A stretch of DNA of 60,078 nucleotides, filler included, from Dirinaria sp. TL-2023a (taxonomy: Eukaryota): NCBI GenBank assembly GCA_051941275.1. It is 12 parts of 12 records of this genome, joined end to end, with 100 filler letters (N's around TTAATTAATTAA, not from the genome) between each part and the next. Parts side by side here need not be neighbours in the genome. Positions count along the whole stretch, not along the records: positions 10,110 to 15,053 come from JAVEBF010001751.1; positions 15,154 to 20,093 come from JAVEBF010001752.1; positions 20,194 to 25,129 come from JAVEBF010001753.1; positions 25,230 to 30,157 come from JAVEBF010001754.1; 8 more parts are not named here. One strand, written 5' to 3'. A program made the translations under genes and the position numbers. Below the pieces are notes generated by a model. The model was not told the origin of the DNA. It saw nothing but the letters and a program-made list of their open reading frames with translations, and searched no databases. Shown here in pieces: positions 12,673-25,573 of the stretch. Within the stretch, counting starts at the first letter, position 1; the number at the start of each line of letters is the position of its first letter.

Positions 12673-13813
12673 CTAAAGCTTCTCTATTACTGTCCGGGGT
12701 AGAACTCTATCTTCGATCTTACGTACAAGTTTGTTGGTCTGCTCCGCCAGGGTCAGAGTTAATATTGTATGGGGCAGTATTCTGGCCAGATGGGCAAAAT
12801 AGCCTTTGTATATCGCAAGAAATCCCTCCGTTCTTATGGTCTTGAACAGACAGTCGAAGACACCGCTGTAGAGGTTACCGGTCTGGTTATACATTCTGGA
12901 CATGATCGTGTCTGCAATTGACAGTCAGGTACGATTCGATCTAAAAGGTTTTTCTCTCACCTGGAGGATGCATGACACAACAAACAACGAATCCGCTCGC
13001 TGTACTGCTTGCAAGATGCAAAGCCGGGCCTTCTTGCATGCCGAGATGCCTTACAAGTCTCCTCTTGGCGAAGAAATAGGTCGGTAATTGCACACTGCTT
13101 CCAAACCCAGTCCGAACCATGGCCGCACCAACACCTCGATACAGCCCTCTGATTCCTTCGCGCTTGTTGATCTTTCGTAAGCCGTCTACAGCGTTCTTGT
13201 ATCCATGTTGGGTGCCAACAGGTAAGAAGGGCGAGTACGACTGTAGTCGTGTTTTGACCAGAAAGAAGGGTGAACCGGCTGCAGCTCCAAGCATGCCGGA
13301 GGATGCGCCTGAGAAGATGTTGACGCCCAGGGACTGTACGTTGCCATCTTTAAAGATCGCAGTGGTGACGCCTTTGCGGAGCGGCTCGTAAAAGCCCAAA
13401 CGGCAACCGTTGAGTATCATTTGATATATGTACTAGCGCCCACTATTAGCTTCAGCATTGTCGTTGGTAATGAAGGCCATACCGCAGCACCGATACCTCG
13501 GAAAAGCCCTTTTGGGCCTTCGTTCTGGAGAATGACCTTGACGCCATGGAAAACACCCTTGTACAGTCGGGGGGCTTCCTTCTTCGACTGCAATTCGCCT
13601 TGAAGTTGTAATCTGCCAATCACCGCCGATCAGTTGACTTGCCACCATTGTACAACCTTGTCGGCGCACCGGATCTTGACGGTCTCAAATGGATGGGTTA
13701 CTGTGACTGCTCCGCAAGCAGCAATACCGCCTGCAATGAATGCGCTGATGTAGAGTCAGCTGAATCTAGCTTGCCAGAGCAATGTGAAGCTGTTACCCTG
13801 TCGTAGTCGCCAT
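12673..13813 (-). CDS. OAC1: Mitochondrial oxaloacetate/sulfate carrier
   Basis: ATG 13813 MATTTG. Carrier signatures HPFETVKIRLQLQGEL, SPFFLVKTRLQS and HPPDTIMSRMYNQ; also LNGCRLGFYEP and ARILPHTIL. Four introns. Confidence 0.92.
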
Positions 13814-14322
13814 TGCGCTTGGCCTGGCCCTTCAACGGTCGGCTCGACAGCCTTCTCTTATCGGACTGGGCACGACAAGATGACCATGGTGTCAAGATCT
13901 AGACGCCACGATACTTTATAGCTGCTCCGAGGAGTAACAAGGTGAATATTATTTTGTCAGTCGCCATAAGCCGATCCGAAGCTGACCCGGAAGCTGTCCC
14001 AAAAAAAGATAGAAGTTTGCTGCAAGGTCCAGGTCCAGCTTACACATCGAGTACCCACGTTTCACGCTGGTCCAGTAGTCGCAAGGGTTCCAGGGTCCCA
14101 TCTACGATGGGCGGAAGCACTAACGGACCGGCCGTATTTGCACTAAGCCATTTCTGGTAGAAACACTCCGCAAATTCCTGTCCGCATGCCTGGAGCCCTC
14201 ATCGTCAATCCTGAAAATTTCCTGATTCAAATACTGCTTTAGAGGCGATATATAGGTGAAAGTGATGTTCTAGCTACTTTCTCTCTCCTTCTCGAAAGGG
14301 AAAGAACCAATCCCAGCTTCCA

Positions 14323-15053
14323 ATGGCCAGCCCACTTGTTGTACCACCCCCTCCGCCAGGCGGACCAAATCAACCAACGCAGAAAACTTCAGAAATAATA
14401 GGAAGTCTAAGACCAACAAAAGTAAACACTGCGCCTTCTATCTGCTGTGTCCACCTATAGATGATATGTTCCAGCTCTTCAAACTGTCCAAACCCGAATT
14501 CGCCGTCACGTCTCTAGACTTCGATGACTCGGGAGAATTTCTTCTCGCAGCCTGCACCGACCACTCTCTCCAACTCTACAATGCGAAAGAGGGGAAACAT
14601 TTAAAAGTTCTGCTCTCGCAAAAATACGGCGCACACCTTGCACGCTTCACTCATCACTCCTCATCCGTCCTGTACGCATCCACCCAAAAGGATGACACGA
14701 TCCGCTACCTCTCCACCCACGACAATGCATTCCTGCGCTACTTCAAAGGGCACACCGCGCCCGTAACTGCTCTGGCGATGTGCCCTAAGGACGACACTTT
14801 CTGCTCCTGTTCCCTCGACAACACGTTCCGACTCTGGGACATCCGCTCACCAAACCCGCAAGCGCGGCTGAACCTCGCGACACCATATCTCGCCGCCTAC
14901 GACCCTTCGGCAACAGTCATCGCCGTCGCCTCCTGCTCAACATCATCCGTCCTCCTATACGACCTGCGGAACTACGACAAGCCGCCCTTCGCGACGTTCG
15001 AAATCAACCACTTCGACCTCGGGACCAGCGGCCCGCACAACCCGCCCTCATGG
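14323..15053 (+). CDS. SWD2: WD40 subunit of COMPASS/CPF (Swd2/WDR82), 3' truncated
   Basis: MASPLV..SLRPTK, intron, then TSLDFDDSGE, SQKYGAHLARFTH, DTIRYLSTHDNAFLRYFKGH and LYDLRNYDKPPF. Runs into the linker. Confidence 0.9.
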
Positions 15054-15153
15054 NNNNNNNNNNNNNNNNNNNNNNNNNNNNNNNNNNNNNNNNNNNNTTA
15101 ATTAATTAANNNNNNNNNNNNNNNNNNNNNNNNNNNNNNNNNNNNNNNNNNNN
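15054..15153. other. Artificial contig linker
   Basis: N44-TTAATTAATTAA-N44. Confidence 0.99.
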
Positions 15154-15427
15154 AAAAAAAAAAAAAAAAAAAAAAAAAACGCCAACTCCCGTCAGTACCG
15201 GATGAAAATTAATAATAAGCAGCAGCAGCGTGCAAGCCCAGAGAGACATGGACATGAATGTTGATGTCGTTCTGTCAGTCGGATCGCTGGCTGGCTGCGT
15301 TATAGATAGATAAGTGAGGAAATTGATAAAAAGGAGTTTTTCGAATGTCGCCCGCCGGATATAGATGGGGCTGCTGCCAAACTTTCCCTTCTTTTTTTGG
15401 GGGGGTTTTTGTAAATAAGAAAGTAAT

Positions 15428-16777
15428 TTATGCCTGCTCCAGAATATTCCCCAGCCTCATCCTATCCTTCGCAGTGCGCAGGGATTCCGTCAGCTGCTGC
15501 TGCTGCTGCTGCTGCTGCTGCGCCGCCGCGGCCACGGCGGCTGCGGACGCCTGTCTTTGCGAAGACGGATACGGCGAGAACCGGTGCATGGTGGCGCGGC
15601 TCTTGGGCCGTGAGTAGGAGGGCCGTCGCTCCTCGGCGGCGGACGACGGGGAGTATGGCAGCGTCGTCACGTCACATGCTGCTGCTGATGGAAGGGGGGG
15701 TTCCTTCAACGATAAGCATGGCGTGGCGGTGTATTCGCCCAGCTGGGGTTCTAGCAGGGTCATCTGATGAGGCGCGGCGCTGGGCGGCGGCAAGGGAGGA
15801 TACGACGGCCGCCGCCTCCTCCTGGAGGGATCCGAGTGGTCGGCGTATTTGGACGGATTATGCTGCTGCTGCTGCTGCAGCGGCGGAGGGCTGATTTGCT
15901 GGACAAGCGGCGGCGGGACTCGGTTGTACGGTGCGTAAGAAGGCGGTAGCGGCTGTTCGTGGCAGAATTGATGGGTTCGGGAATGGCCTATGTTGGGGAT
16001 ATGGCTGAAATCTGCTTGTTCCGTCTGCGTATACGGTGGATTGACGGGCTGGATGGCGATGGACAGATGCAGGGGATTCCCCCGAGATGTACTTGGTAGT
16101 GCGCTGCATAGCGGTGGTAGAACCGGTCTCAAGGAGTCCTCGGACCAGGTGGTGAGGTTTGCGTTCGACAAGTTCGGCTGAGCAGGATATATGGTGTTGG
16201 GTGATGGTGACATCCCAGGGCTCGTCGAGCTCGCATCGGAAATCAATGATGGTGCCTCGGAGATTTGGGATGTGGTGGGCGAGAATCGTGGCAGATGGTC
16301 AACACTCCTTGTAGCATAGGGATTGATATGGCCTCGTTGTTGAAGGACCTGAGCATCCACAGGCCGCAAGGCCGATAACGAGTGCTGGGCACCTTGAAGG
16401 GCGACTTGGCCTCCGTGGGCGTTCATTTTGGTTCGTCGATTTTTCTGACCATTATACCAATTTTTGACCTGGTTGTCGCTCCGACCACCCAGAGCTCGAG
16501 CAATCTCAGCCCACTTTGGTCCCTTCTCGGTGTGCAGACGTTCAATCGCTACGCCTTCTTCTGGAGTAATGGGCCCCCGGTTGATTGAGGACTTGAGGTT
16601 CTGATGGTAACGCTCCCTGCATTGTTTCGCATTCCGCGAACCGTGCTCTTTGGATATATCCATCCACGATTCGGCGCCGTGATAGTTCACCAGATCAAGC
16701 AGCCTTTGGTCCTCCATTTCCGACCAAGGGCCCTTTTTGACCATCTGCATGACTCTGGCAGGGCCGAGGAGCGCCAT
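15428..16777 (-). CDS. flbD: R2R3 Myb transcription factor, FlbD/rca-1-like
   Basis: KKGPWSEMEDQRLL..RNAKQCRERYHQNLK..KWAEIARALGGRSDNQVKNWYNG, followed by a P/Q/S-rich tail and C-terminal DRMRLGNIL. Single exon. Start could be 16777, 16750 or 16744. Confidence 0.8.
   Translation of the reverse strand: MALLGPARVMQMVKKGPWSEMEDQRLLDLVNYHGAESWMDISKEHGSRNAKQCRERYHQNLKSSINRGPITPEEGVAIERLHTEKGPKWAEIARALGGRSDNQVKNWYNGQKNRRTKMNAHGGQVALQGAQHSLSALRPVDAQVLQQRGHINPYATRSVDHLPRFSPTTSQISEAPSLISDASSTSPGMSPSPNTIYPAQPNLSNANLTTWSEDSLRPVLPPLCSALPSTSRGNPLHLSIAIQPVNPPYTQTEQADFSHIPNIGHSRTHQFCHEQPLPPSYAPYNRVPPPLVQQISPPPLQQQQQHNPSKYADHSDPSRRRRRPSYPPLPPPSAAPHQMTLLEPQLGEYTATPCLSLKEPPLPSAAACDVTTLPYSPSSAAEERRPSYSRPKSRATMHRFSPYPSSQRQASAAAVAAAAQQQQQQQQQLTESLRTAKDRMRLGNILEQA
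15491..15521 (-). repeat. (CAG)n coding polyQ tract in the Myb factor
   Basis: ctgctgctg run encoding Q9. Confidence 0.9.
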
Positions 16778-19700
16778 GATCGGGCCGTGAGTCTTGCAAT
16801 TGAAAACAAGATCCGAAATGATGTACCACACTGAATCAATTCGCTGATGAGACCGGTTTCAACCTTGCAAGGCCGACTCTTGCGGTAGATATTGCTCTCT
16901 CAATGAAATGTCGAGATGGGACTGTGATTGAAACGATGAAAGCGCTTTGGTGGAGACTCGTTTGTTGGTATAGGTACCTTCGATCATATTATCAGAGCTT
17001 CGCCTGCTATTGCCACACTCTGATCTGGTTTATGTTGTCTCACGCCGTTGAAGTCCGCACAGCTCCGACAGGAAAGTATATTAAGCTAAGCGTTGAGAAA
17101 GGGTTGTTTGCAGCAGATAATGAAACCTTCGTAGAAATCTGCTCACTCGACCAGGCTACGACGATTACACACCATCAGCAACGCAGAGGTACTTGAGCGC
17201 GACGACCGGAGTTAGTAACTTGATCGAGATTGGGAAGCGGTTCGCAGCTAAAAAGGGAACCAAAGGCGGTCAGACAAAAGAAACCTGTGGACAAGTTTGG
17301 CTTAGAGGAGGGAAGGGGTGCCTTCGTAAGTGGTGCAACGATTGAAGATTGCTGCTAGTTTCGGTGCGGTGACCGCCTGTCTGTGCAAGTTCAGCAAAAA
17401 AAGCACACTAAGTCCAGATCGTACACCAAGAGACTAGGGCTACACCAAATAGAAGGTGGGGGCAATATACGCAACGAATGTGGGGACATGGGAACGTACA
17501 AAATACATGTAGTGTAAAAAGCAACCACTGCTCCAACTATCGTATGATTGGAAGAGCTTGAAACACAAATACCTCCATCCCTAAACGCACAGAATTACTA
17601 CAGCAAATTCTCCGAAAAGGACGTCTAAGCTGAGAGTATGATCGACTCGACAACAAATACTCGGAACACGAGACAAGGCTCAACTCGCTTGTCCACAGTT
17701 TTCAATCAAGCAGCGAGAAATAACGATGAGATAGGAAAACCATGATACCGGACACTGATTGTCTCGGCGCACTGAACGAGGGCAAGGAGATGGGAAGCAT
17801 ACAAGTAGTGGTACATCATCTAACCGGCAATAATGCAGTCAGACGGTTGCGGCACGCGCATGCCTTCTTGTTGGGTAGCCCGTCGCTCGTTCGGTCTTAC
17901 TACTCCATCATCCACGGCCACCGCCGTGCGGAGGCAGGGCTGTCAGTCGTCCTGATGGCATCCTATGGTTCCCGCCACGCTAGGAGGATACGATCGAGGG
18001 ACTAAGGCAGAAGCAGAGGGGATGGTAGCCTGTCGCAGTACTGAGTACGTCGGAGGCTCAAGGTCAGGCTTGGGGGGGGGATGGCCAATCCAAAAGCAGG
18101 CAAGGGCGAAGAAGGAAGGTGGAGCTAAAGTGACGAAGGTGATCAGCCAGCCACCAGCACCAGCAGGGGGGCCATGAACTGGGACTAGTCCGCTGTCCAT
18201 AGCCTGCGCCTGTCCATGGCTGGCGGTCCTAAAACCCTGGCGCTGGGTCGGCTCCATCATGTTCTAGACTTTGAACGGCCCTCGTTGGATCGACAGAGGA
18301 GCAGCAACCGTCGCAGAGCGTCTCGCTTCATGAATCACGATCTTTCCAGCAGCAGCTGCTGCTGCTTTCACGCTCCCCTGCCTACTCATCCGCACCCCTG
18401 AGATGTACAGAAAATGTACCTTCAACTCGCTACCACAATATATCTCGGCAACCTATCGGCGTTGGCTGCTCTTGCAATTGAGTTGCCATCCCCGTCTCTG
18501 AGACAGCTGAACTGGCACTCAGTCCACCTCGTAACACTTGCAAGGTCCACTCCCTCTCCCATGCTGAGAGTACATACTCAACACCATGATTGATGGTAGC
18601 AGCTGGCCCGTAGGACAGGGTCCGAGCCGAGAGTATGTCTAGAGGGACGGTGGTAACAAAAACGCCTACCTAGAATGATAATCATATTAAGGCAATACTT
18701 TTCACACGGACCACCTTACGTCCGTTAGGATGCCAGTGACGGGAATTGACACTGCGGCAGCAGGCTAGCGACAACGGTCGACGGGCTTACCGGCCTCGTG
18801 CGTCATTCAATGAGCCGGGCCACACCTCCACGAATGCGAGCCGACATGGGTTCCTAGAAAAGTATGAGGTGCAGCGGCACTTTGTAAGCTGCGCATGAAG
18901 AAGCGCTTTGTTTGGAAGCAGCTCTAATGGGGGATGCGCACGGCGACACCGAGCATCTACGAAATTCCCGAGTGCAGCAGGATTAGATCGTCAGCGCGCC
19001 AGCTGGTTGTACTCTACCCCTGCCGAATTTAGCGCGCGAGAGCAGGTGATGTTGTGCCAGACTGGATCTATTAAGCGGTAGATCAGGACGAAAAGAGCAC
19101 TTCGCTGGCATGGCCGAATCCCTTTCTTGCCGTTGTGGTTAGGAAGGAAAAGTGGCTCCCCAGACAGGGTGCGGCAGATTGACTCCGATTAAGTTCGATC
19201 GACCACGTTGGCCCGAGGGATGCTGGAGCTGCTCAAGCGCCGTTGCAAGTCATGCACCTTTCCCAGGCATTCCACACTAGGATCGGACATCGGATCGCAC
19301 CAGACAGGGGGGGTCATATCTGAACCAGCCAGCAGGGTATATCTCCAACGCTCGCTCGCTCGCTCACGCACTGATACCTTCGCTAGCCCCACGAATCAGG
19401 TCACATCATCCCTTTCGTGCAATCACTTAAGTACCCCCATAGCTGAGTTCGAAATGAGAAGCCATTCGGAGGTAGCTGCGCAACCACTCATAGGGTGGAC
19501 GATAGAGCAGAGTAGAGTAGAGTATGGCGGCCTTGGATACGCTGTTCTCCACCTTCGCATCTACCTTCACCATAGAGGCTAATTGCAGACCATTCCACGA
19601 CATCGAGTTTAACGGTTTCACCGCGCTTTGCGCATGCCTTAGAGCAGTCCTTTTCTTTCCCGTTGGGACACCCTCTCTGCCGCCCTCTGGGGACTGGCAG

Positions 19701-20093
19701 TGACAGAAAGACGGTGACTTGTCAGCCGCTGACCCTGGCTGCATCTGGTAATGGGGGGCGTTCGGTGGCTGGCTGTCTTACGTGCTTGTCGGCCGGTAGT
19801 AGCTGTGTGTTGCACTGGTGGCTTATAGGAATTGCGGAGCTGGAACAGCGTGCCGTGCTTTTTCGAAAAGCTCAGCGTTATTCCTCCGTGGTGGTTTGGT
19901 AGCTGTCAAACTAGATGGTGATGGCTGGACAGATTGGGTAAATTCCATTTGACAGGGTCGCGGACTCGCGAAATGGCTTGCGCACAAGCCGAATTGTGGG
20001 GGAGAAAAAAGATGATGATTGACGACTGGGATGAGTCGGCATATCTGATACGCTACTGCACCTCTAATGCAACTGCAGTCTAGTGTCTAATAA

Positions 20094-20193
20094 NNNNNNN
20101 NNNNNNNNNNNNNNNNNNNNNNNNNNNNNNNNNNNNNTTAATTAATTAANNNNNNNNNNNNNNNNNNNNNNNNNNNNNNNNNNNNNNNNNNNN
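20094..20193. other. Artificial contig linker
   Basis: N44-TTAATTAATTAA-N44. Confidence 0.99.
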
Positions 20194-20333
20194 TCCCTGC
20201 CCTTGCTTATTGATGTGCAGTATATTCGATACGAATAGTACCTGAGCCTGGCTTCTGGCCCAGTAACTCTCCTAGCTTTTCGAAAGTTCGCCCCTCGTAG
20301 CCTCGCCTTCCACCATAATTCTTTCAAGACGCT

Positions 20334-21332
20334 ATGCCAGCTGCCGGGACGAGGATTCTCATAGTGGGTCCGCATATCTACAACACAAGCACTGGCTTTT
20401 TCTGACAGCTTGATACACAGGTGCCAATCGGGGCATTGGCTTGCAATGGGTGAAATCCTACATTGCAAACGGCTGTGAGGTCACCGGCACGATTAGACCA
20501 GAGGGGCGCACAGACCCCAGTGTCGAAGACGTAAGCGCATTCACTGTGCTCGTACATAAAATCTGGGCATATCACCATATTCCTGACATGCCAGTCAGCT
20601 CGAGAAAACGGGCGCGAAAATACTTGAGCTGGACTATACAAAAGAGGATACCATCGAACAAGCGGTGAAGGAATATGGAGATGGACCGCTGGATGTGCTC
20701 GTAAACTGCGGAGGTGAGGTGCCTACACAAGCGTCCCTGCCGACTCCGGGTTGCTGATCAGAGGAGGTGTCCATGTTTATCCCGAATCCTGGCTGGAACA
20801 TACCTCGGCGTCCCTCGTAGAAAGGTTTCTGATAATGACAGTCGTGCGTCCTTGCAGTCTATAGTGGTATCTTAGGGTACTAACAAGCCAAGGGACCATT
20901 CTTGACCTCTAAGCATTTCCTACCAAATCTTCTGAAGAGCGACGCTGGAAAGATCGTCAATGTATCATCAGATTTTGGCTCCGTTGAAGGTATGGCAAAC
21001 CCCTTTCCGCCATATTTCCTGTTTGATAGGACATAGCTCAGCTGACTGGTCATAAAGAGAACCTTGAGGGAGAGTGTATCGCCTATCGCCTAGCAAAGAC
21101 CGCGCTCAATCAACAGACGGTCACCATCGCTCGAGAATTGAAAGCCCAAGGACATAAAATCTCGCTCATGTGTGTGAACCCAGGCTGGGTACCCACAAGG
21201 ATGACGAAAGGCAAGGGAAACGTCAGAATTGAGGATTCTGTTGAAGGCATGATCAGATTGACCGACGAGATGACGCTTGAGAACACTGGACAATTCCTGA
21301 TGGCGACGACCGGCAAAAAGCATGCTTATTAG
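20334..21332 (+). CDS. Short-chain dehydrogenase/reductase, C-factor (CsgA)-like, many short exons
   Basis: Spliced reading RILIVG|ANRGIG (Rossmann), LDVLVNCGG, GKIVNVSS, AYRLAKTALNQ (YxxxK) and VNPGWVPT. Confidence 0.85.
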
Positions 21333-21496
21333 CGGTCGCTTGAGTAAGCGCGCAAGTATTGGATCCTAGGATGCTTCATTACTGAGTACGACTGTGCATG
21401 AAGCAAAAAGCAGCAGGCTTAACGCCTTTGCTGCTATTGACATTTTTAAAGACATACCTTACATTAGTGAGAGTAATTAGAGTTGACGGCCACAAC

Positions 21497-24400
21497 TCAT
21501 CGCGCCCATATTGCTACTAGGCTATCAAAATCAAAATCGTTGAGATCTTTCGTCGTGTCGCGAAGCGGAGCGATCGTTGTGAGAAGGATGCCTACTTCGG
21601 AGAGAAGAGTATTGCTCGCTGAAATGTTTTGCAGCTGCTTCTGGAATAACGCTGCTTTATACAGTGCGCGGCAATACTCCCCTCGGTACGCGTATCGATT
21701 CCGGAACGTCTTGAGCGCTTGTTCAAAGAGGATACTAGCACGACTTGAGTCTCTTTCTGAACATGGAAGGGCCCTAGCTTTACTCACTTTGCCGCTTCTA
21801 ACTCGTTTCGCCGCGCATGATGTTCTGCCATTTTAAGACACGCATTCCCAGTTCGGTGATAATCTTTACCCATCGTCGACATGAGAATTTGGAGCGCCCG
21901 TTGATGAGCTTCAAAACTTTCATCAAGCAAATTAAGTTTTGCTTTTACATTGCCAAGCGCGTAAAGAGCATAACCGGGTCCGTAGGCAATTAGTAAGGGT
22001 GAATCGGCCATTGACGCCTGGTACTTACTTAAATGAGTTAGGTTCTAGCCCATACTTTTTGTTTCCCCAGTCAACTGTTTCGGATAGCAATTCCACAGCA
22101 TGTTGCTCTTCTCCTATTGCGGACAGTGAAAAGGCTAGACAAATAGTTCCAAAGTAAGGCCAATAGTCCCCATCAAGGAATTCCTGGTCTTCAAAAGCGA
22201 TGCCCCTAGAGATCTTGCAATTTTCAATTGCCTGTTCGTAATACCCAGTCAGCATTTGAGCAAGTGCGAGCTCGCTGTATGCCAGCGCTCCATATAAGGA
22301 CAGCTTTGGAAGCGTCTTTTCGATTTGCATTCGCTGAACGAAATGTCTTTCAGCGAAATGGATTGCGCGGTCTCCGTCATTTTGTTCGCTGAGTGTAGAT
22401 GCCATGCAGAAGAGTACATCTGCATGGAGCTCTCCCACGGCTTCTGAATGCTGCTCACAGATCTTGAGAGCAGTTTCAAATATTGCTAACGCCTCGTCAA
22501 AGTTTCCACGCTCTTGTAGATACCATCCACCTTGCTGCAGCAAGCCGGAGAACTTTTTAATCGTCTCAGGCATGAGAGTCATATCATGCTGACTATCGAA
22601 TACAGCTTGGAGCTTAACAATGTGTGGCTGTAGTTTTTCGAAGTTCGCAAATAGCTCTGGGTTGTGGTTATAACGATCCTCAGGGTAAGGCCAAGCACAG
22701 GAAAGAATTTGAGTCGCGAGCTCGAATATCTCCTGCAGTCTGTCGTGCTTGAAGCTCAATACAGCAGCATCTTGCACTAACCTATGAATCGAGATCTGTC
22801 CTAATTCCTTGTTGCGCTTAAGTAACGAAGATTTCATTAGGTCTGTACGTGCTTCAATATAAACAGCTTGGCTCGAAAAGAAGGCCACGTGGTCTACATT
22901 TGATATCGCCTGTGTTAGTATACTCTCGTCAAGCTCGTCAGGATCGAGCAGAGCGAGGAGATCGAGCATGTTGTGTGCATCAGAGCCTAGATCGCCAAAG
23001 GCCCACACAGAGGAGAGATCGTGGCCGTACTTGTCATTTTGTCGCGTCAGCGTCGGCTTGTAAAGATCAGTGATGGCGGTGTTCTTATATGTTTCTCGAA
23101 ATTCATGGATTGTCATGTCTCGGCGACGAGTAATTGCAGCTACTTGACTTATCGCAAGAGGAAGGCCTTGAACTCGAGTTGCTAGTGCCAACGCATCTGG
23201 GTCTAAATCACTGATCGCTGCTTGGCCGGTTAATTTCTGTAGGAGTAATGCTGCATCATTAATGGGAAGACCTTGAAGATCAATTGATCTTGTAGCATTC
23301 AAGTAGCTTCTCGTAACAGGATCTCTACTTGTGGCCAGGACACACCCTCTACCGGGGATCGGCCAGTAGTCTCGAAGTAGTTGGGGGTCATCGGCGTTGT
23401 CAAAAACAAGCAGCCACCTCACATCTGGAGAATCTGACATTTCTTCCTCTTCGGACGTAGCATTTGCAGTCTTTCCAGGGTGGGAGAGCCACTCCATGAC
23501 AAGATTGCGAGTGACAACACGGTCTGCGGTATCATTTTTGTCAACAAGCGCTAGCCGAAGGGCGATCTGATGAAAGCGCTCAGCAAGCTTGCCAGCCTCG
23601 TCAGCATTCACCCAAAAGATAGCATCAAAGTGCTGCCGACGAGTAAAAGCGTATTCGATGGTGATTTGTGTCTTTCCCACGCCTCCAAGGCCACTTATGA
23701 CACAGGAATTCAAGAGCTGCGAATCCCCAGGTGAAGATGTAACTGATGAGAAATATGTTTGATCGAGTATGGCGAATAGGTTCTCATGTCCAACAAATTC
23801 AGGGTTTCGGGTATGTGGGTCAAGGAGATAGCATGGGAAAACGGGCTTTTCTTTTACTTTCGCGCTCTCCGATACGCTGGATATTATCTCGAAGCTCGTG
23901 TGGGACAGATCTGTTGAGCCTTTGGTAGCGTTCAGCATACTCAAGTCGGAGATTCGCCGAACGCTGCTTTCTTCATGGTCTGGGTCACACACCGTACTGG
24001 CCCACGCGACCTCCGTGATGGCTTTGGTCGGCGGTGCACTCAAGGAGTCAAATGTTCTCTGTATGCGGTCTTGTTGGGCTACCGCGTTGTCCATCATAAT
24101 TTTGAGTTCAGCGATTCCCATCGGATTGGACCGTAAATCGCAAACTGTGCTATGTTCTGCATCAGCTGGAAGAAGCGTTTCATTCTTCAAATTGGTTTCG
24201 GCAAAATCACGGTCAACTAATAGGTCTCTGCGAGAGGCTCTAAATAGACCGTCACTGATTTTTGTCCTCTTAGTTTCGTAGATGGACGCGATCAGAACAT
24301 CAATACCAAGCTCCTCGAACTTCGCAGAGATGTTAGCGATCGTTGCAGCTTCCGTCTCCGCTTGAGCAAGTAGCAACGGCTTCAGCGCCACACTCGACCG

Positions 24401-24916
24401 AAGTAGCAGGCTAAGCCGTATCCACTTCGATCTTTGCTTATATGTAGCGTGTGGCGTCCCTAAGAACATAATGCCTACTTGCACGCTGATCAACTTCCGC
24501 ACCCTGGGATCATAGTATTGCTCGTGCGAACTGTTAAAAACGCACTTCACGACTACTCCACCGTATCCGTGACAGATAAACAGCAGAGGCCGTTGAGCCA
24601 GCAGTAGATTGTCGCTCTTTTCTACCAGGGCTCCCATCAGATCCGCGCTACGTTGCATTATTGATTGCCATATGGAAACACCGGCGGCCGGCAACGTCAT
24701 GTCGAAAGCCAAAAGCTGCGCACCAGGTGCGATGGAGGGTACGGTGATCTTAAGCCACCGCCAGACATTGGGGAGGTGTTCTGGTGACAACTTCGCCCCT
24801 AGCTCTGGAACAATTATGACGTTGATGGTGCATCGCTTTGGAGGCTGGCTTTGAAGCACGGTGATCCTGTCACTGCGAGCTGTCTGGGCCGGATTCACTG
24901 CAGTCGTTGGAAGCAT
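21497..24916 (-). CDS. Fungal NLR-like protein: SesB-like alpha/beta-hydrolase + NB-ARC + TPR
   Basis: RPLLFICHGYGGVVVK and GIMFLGTPH (SesB-like); RNPEFVG, GLGGVGKT (Walker A), WLLVFDNADD (Walker B), GLPLAI, IHRLVQ; TPR helices; C-terminal FDSLVAIWAR. Two 3' introns, the first with an abnormal acceptor. Confidence 0.9.
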
Positions 24917-25129
24917 TTGAGCAGTGATAAGTGGTAAGTGGTAAGTCAGAAGCAATTGAGTCGCGCTAGGCCAATAATACGCTTATACCCTCCGCCCGAT
25001 GCTGAAAGATTGTGTGTAGAAAAAGAGTATGCTCGCAAGAATCTCTCGACTCTCGACTCTCACTCTGCTTACGAGCCGCCTCGTGTCCAGTAGATCAACA
25101 ATGAATTGGCTAGCGGCGCTGCATCGGAA

Positions 25130-25229
25130 NNNNNNNNNNNNNNNNNNNNNNNNNNNNNNNNNNNNNNNNNNNNTTAATTAATTAANNNNNNNNNNNNNNN
25201 NNNNNNNNNNNNNNNNNNNNNNNNNNNNN
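25130..25229. other. Artificial contig linker
   Basis: N44-TTAATTAATTAA-N44. Confidence 0.99.
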
Positions 25230-25573
25230 AGGTTGGGGGGTAAGAGTACTGTATGTAAGATACGTGGGAGTCTTATATTTGGCTTCGGCTGTGTAGATTT
25301 TTCTTTTTTTTTTTGGTCTTATTATTCAATCGAACATTATGTCTGTAATTGTGCTTATCGCAAAGGGAACGGTGGGGAAGGAATATCTTGATATGGTTCT
25401 TTCGGAACTTTTTTTTATAGAGAGGGGAGGATTTTGAAGGTGAGCTGTTTGAAGGCTGTTTGGCTATTTGAGAAGGGCATCGATGTGAAAACTGAAAAGC
25501 AAGATTCAATGCGCAATTTGATATTAGGCCTAGCTTCTTCCTTATTGCTATGCTGCATGCCGCACTCATTTCT

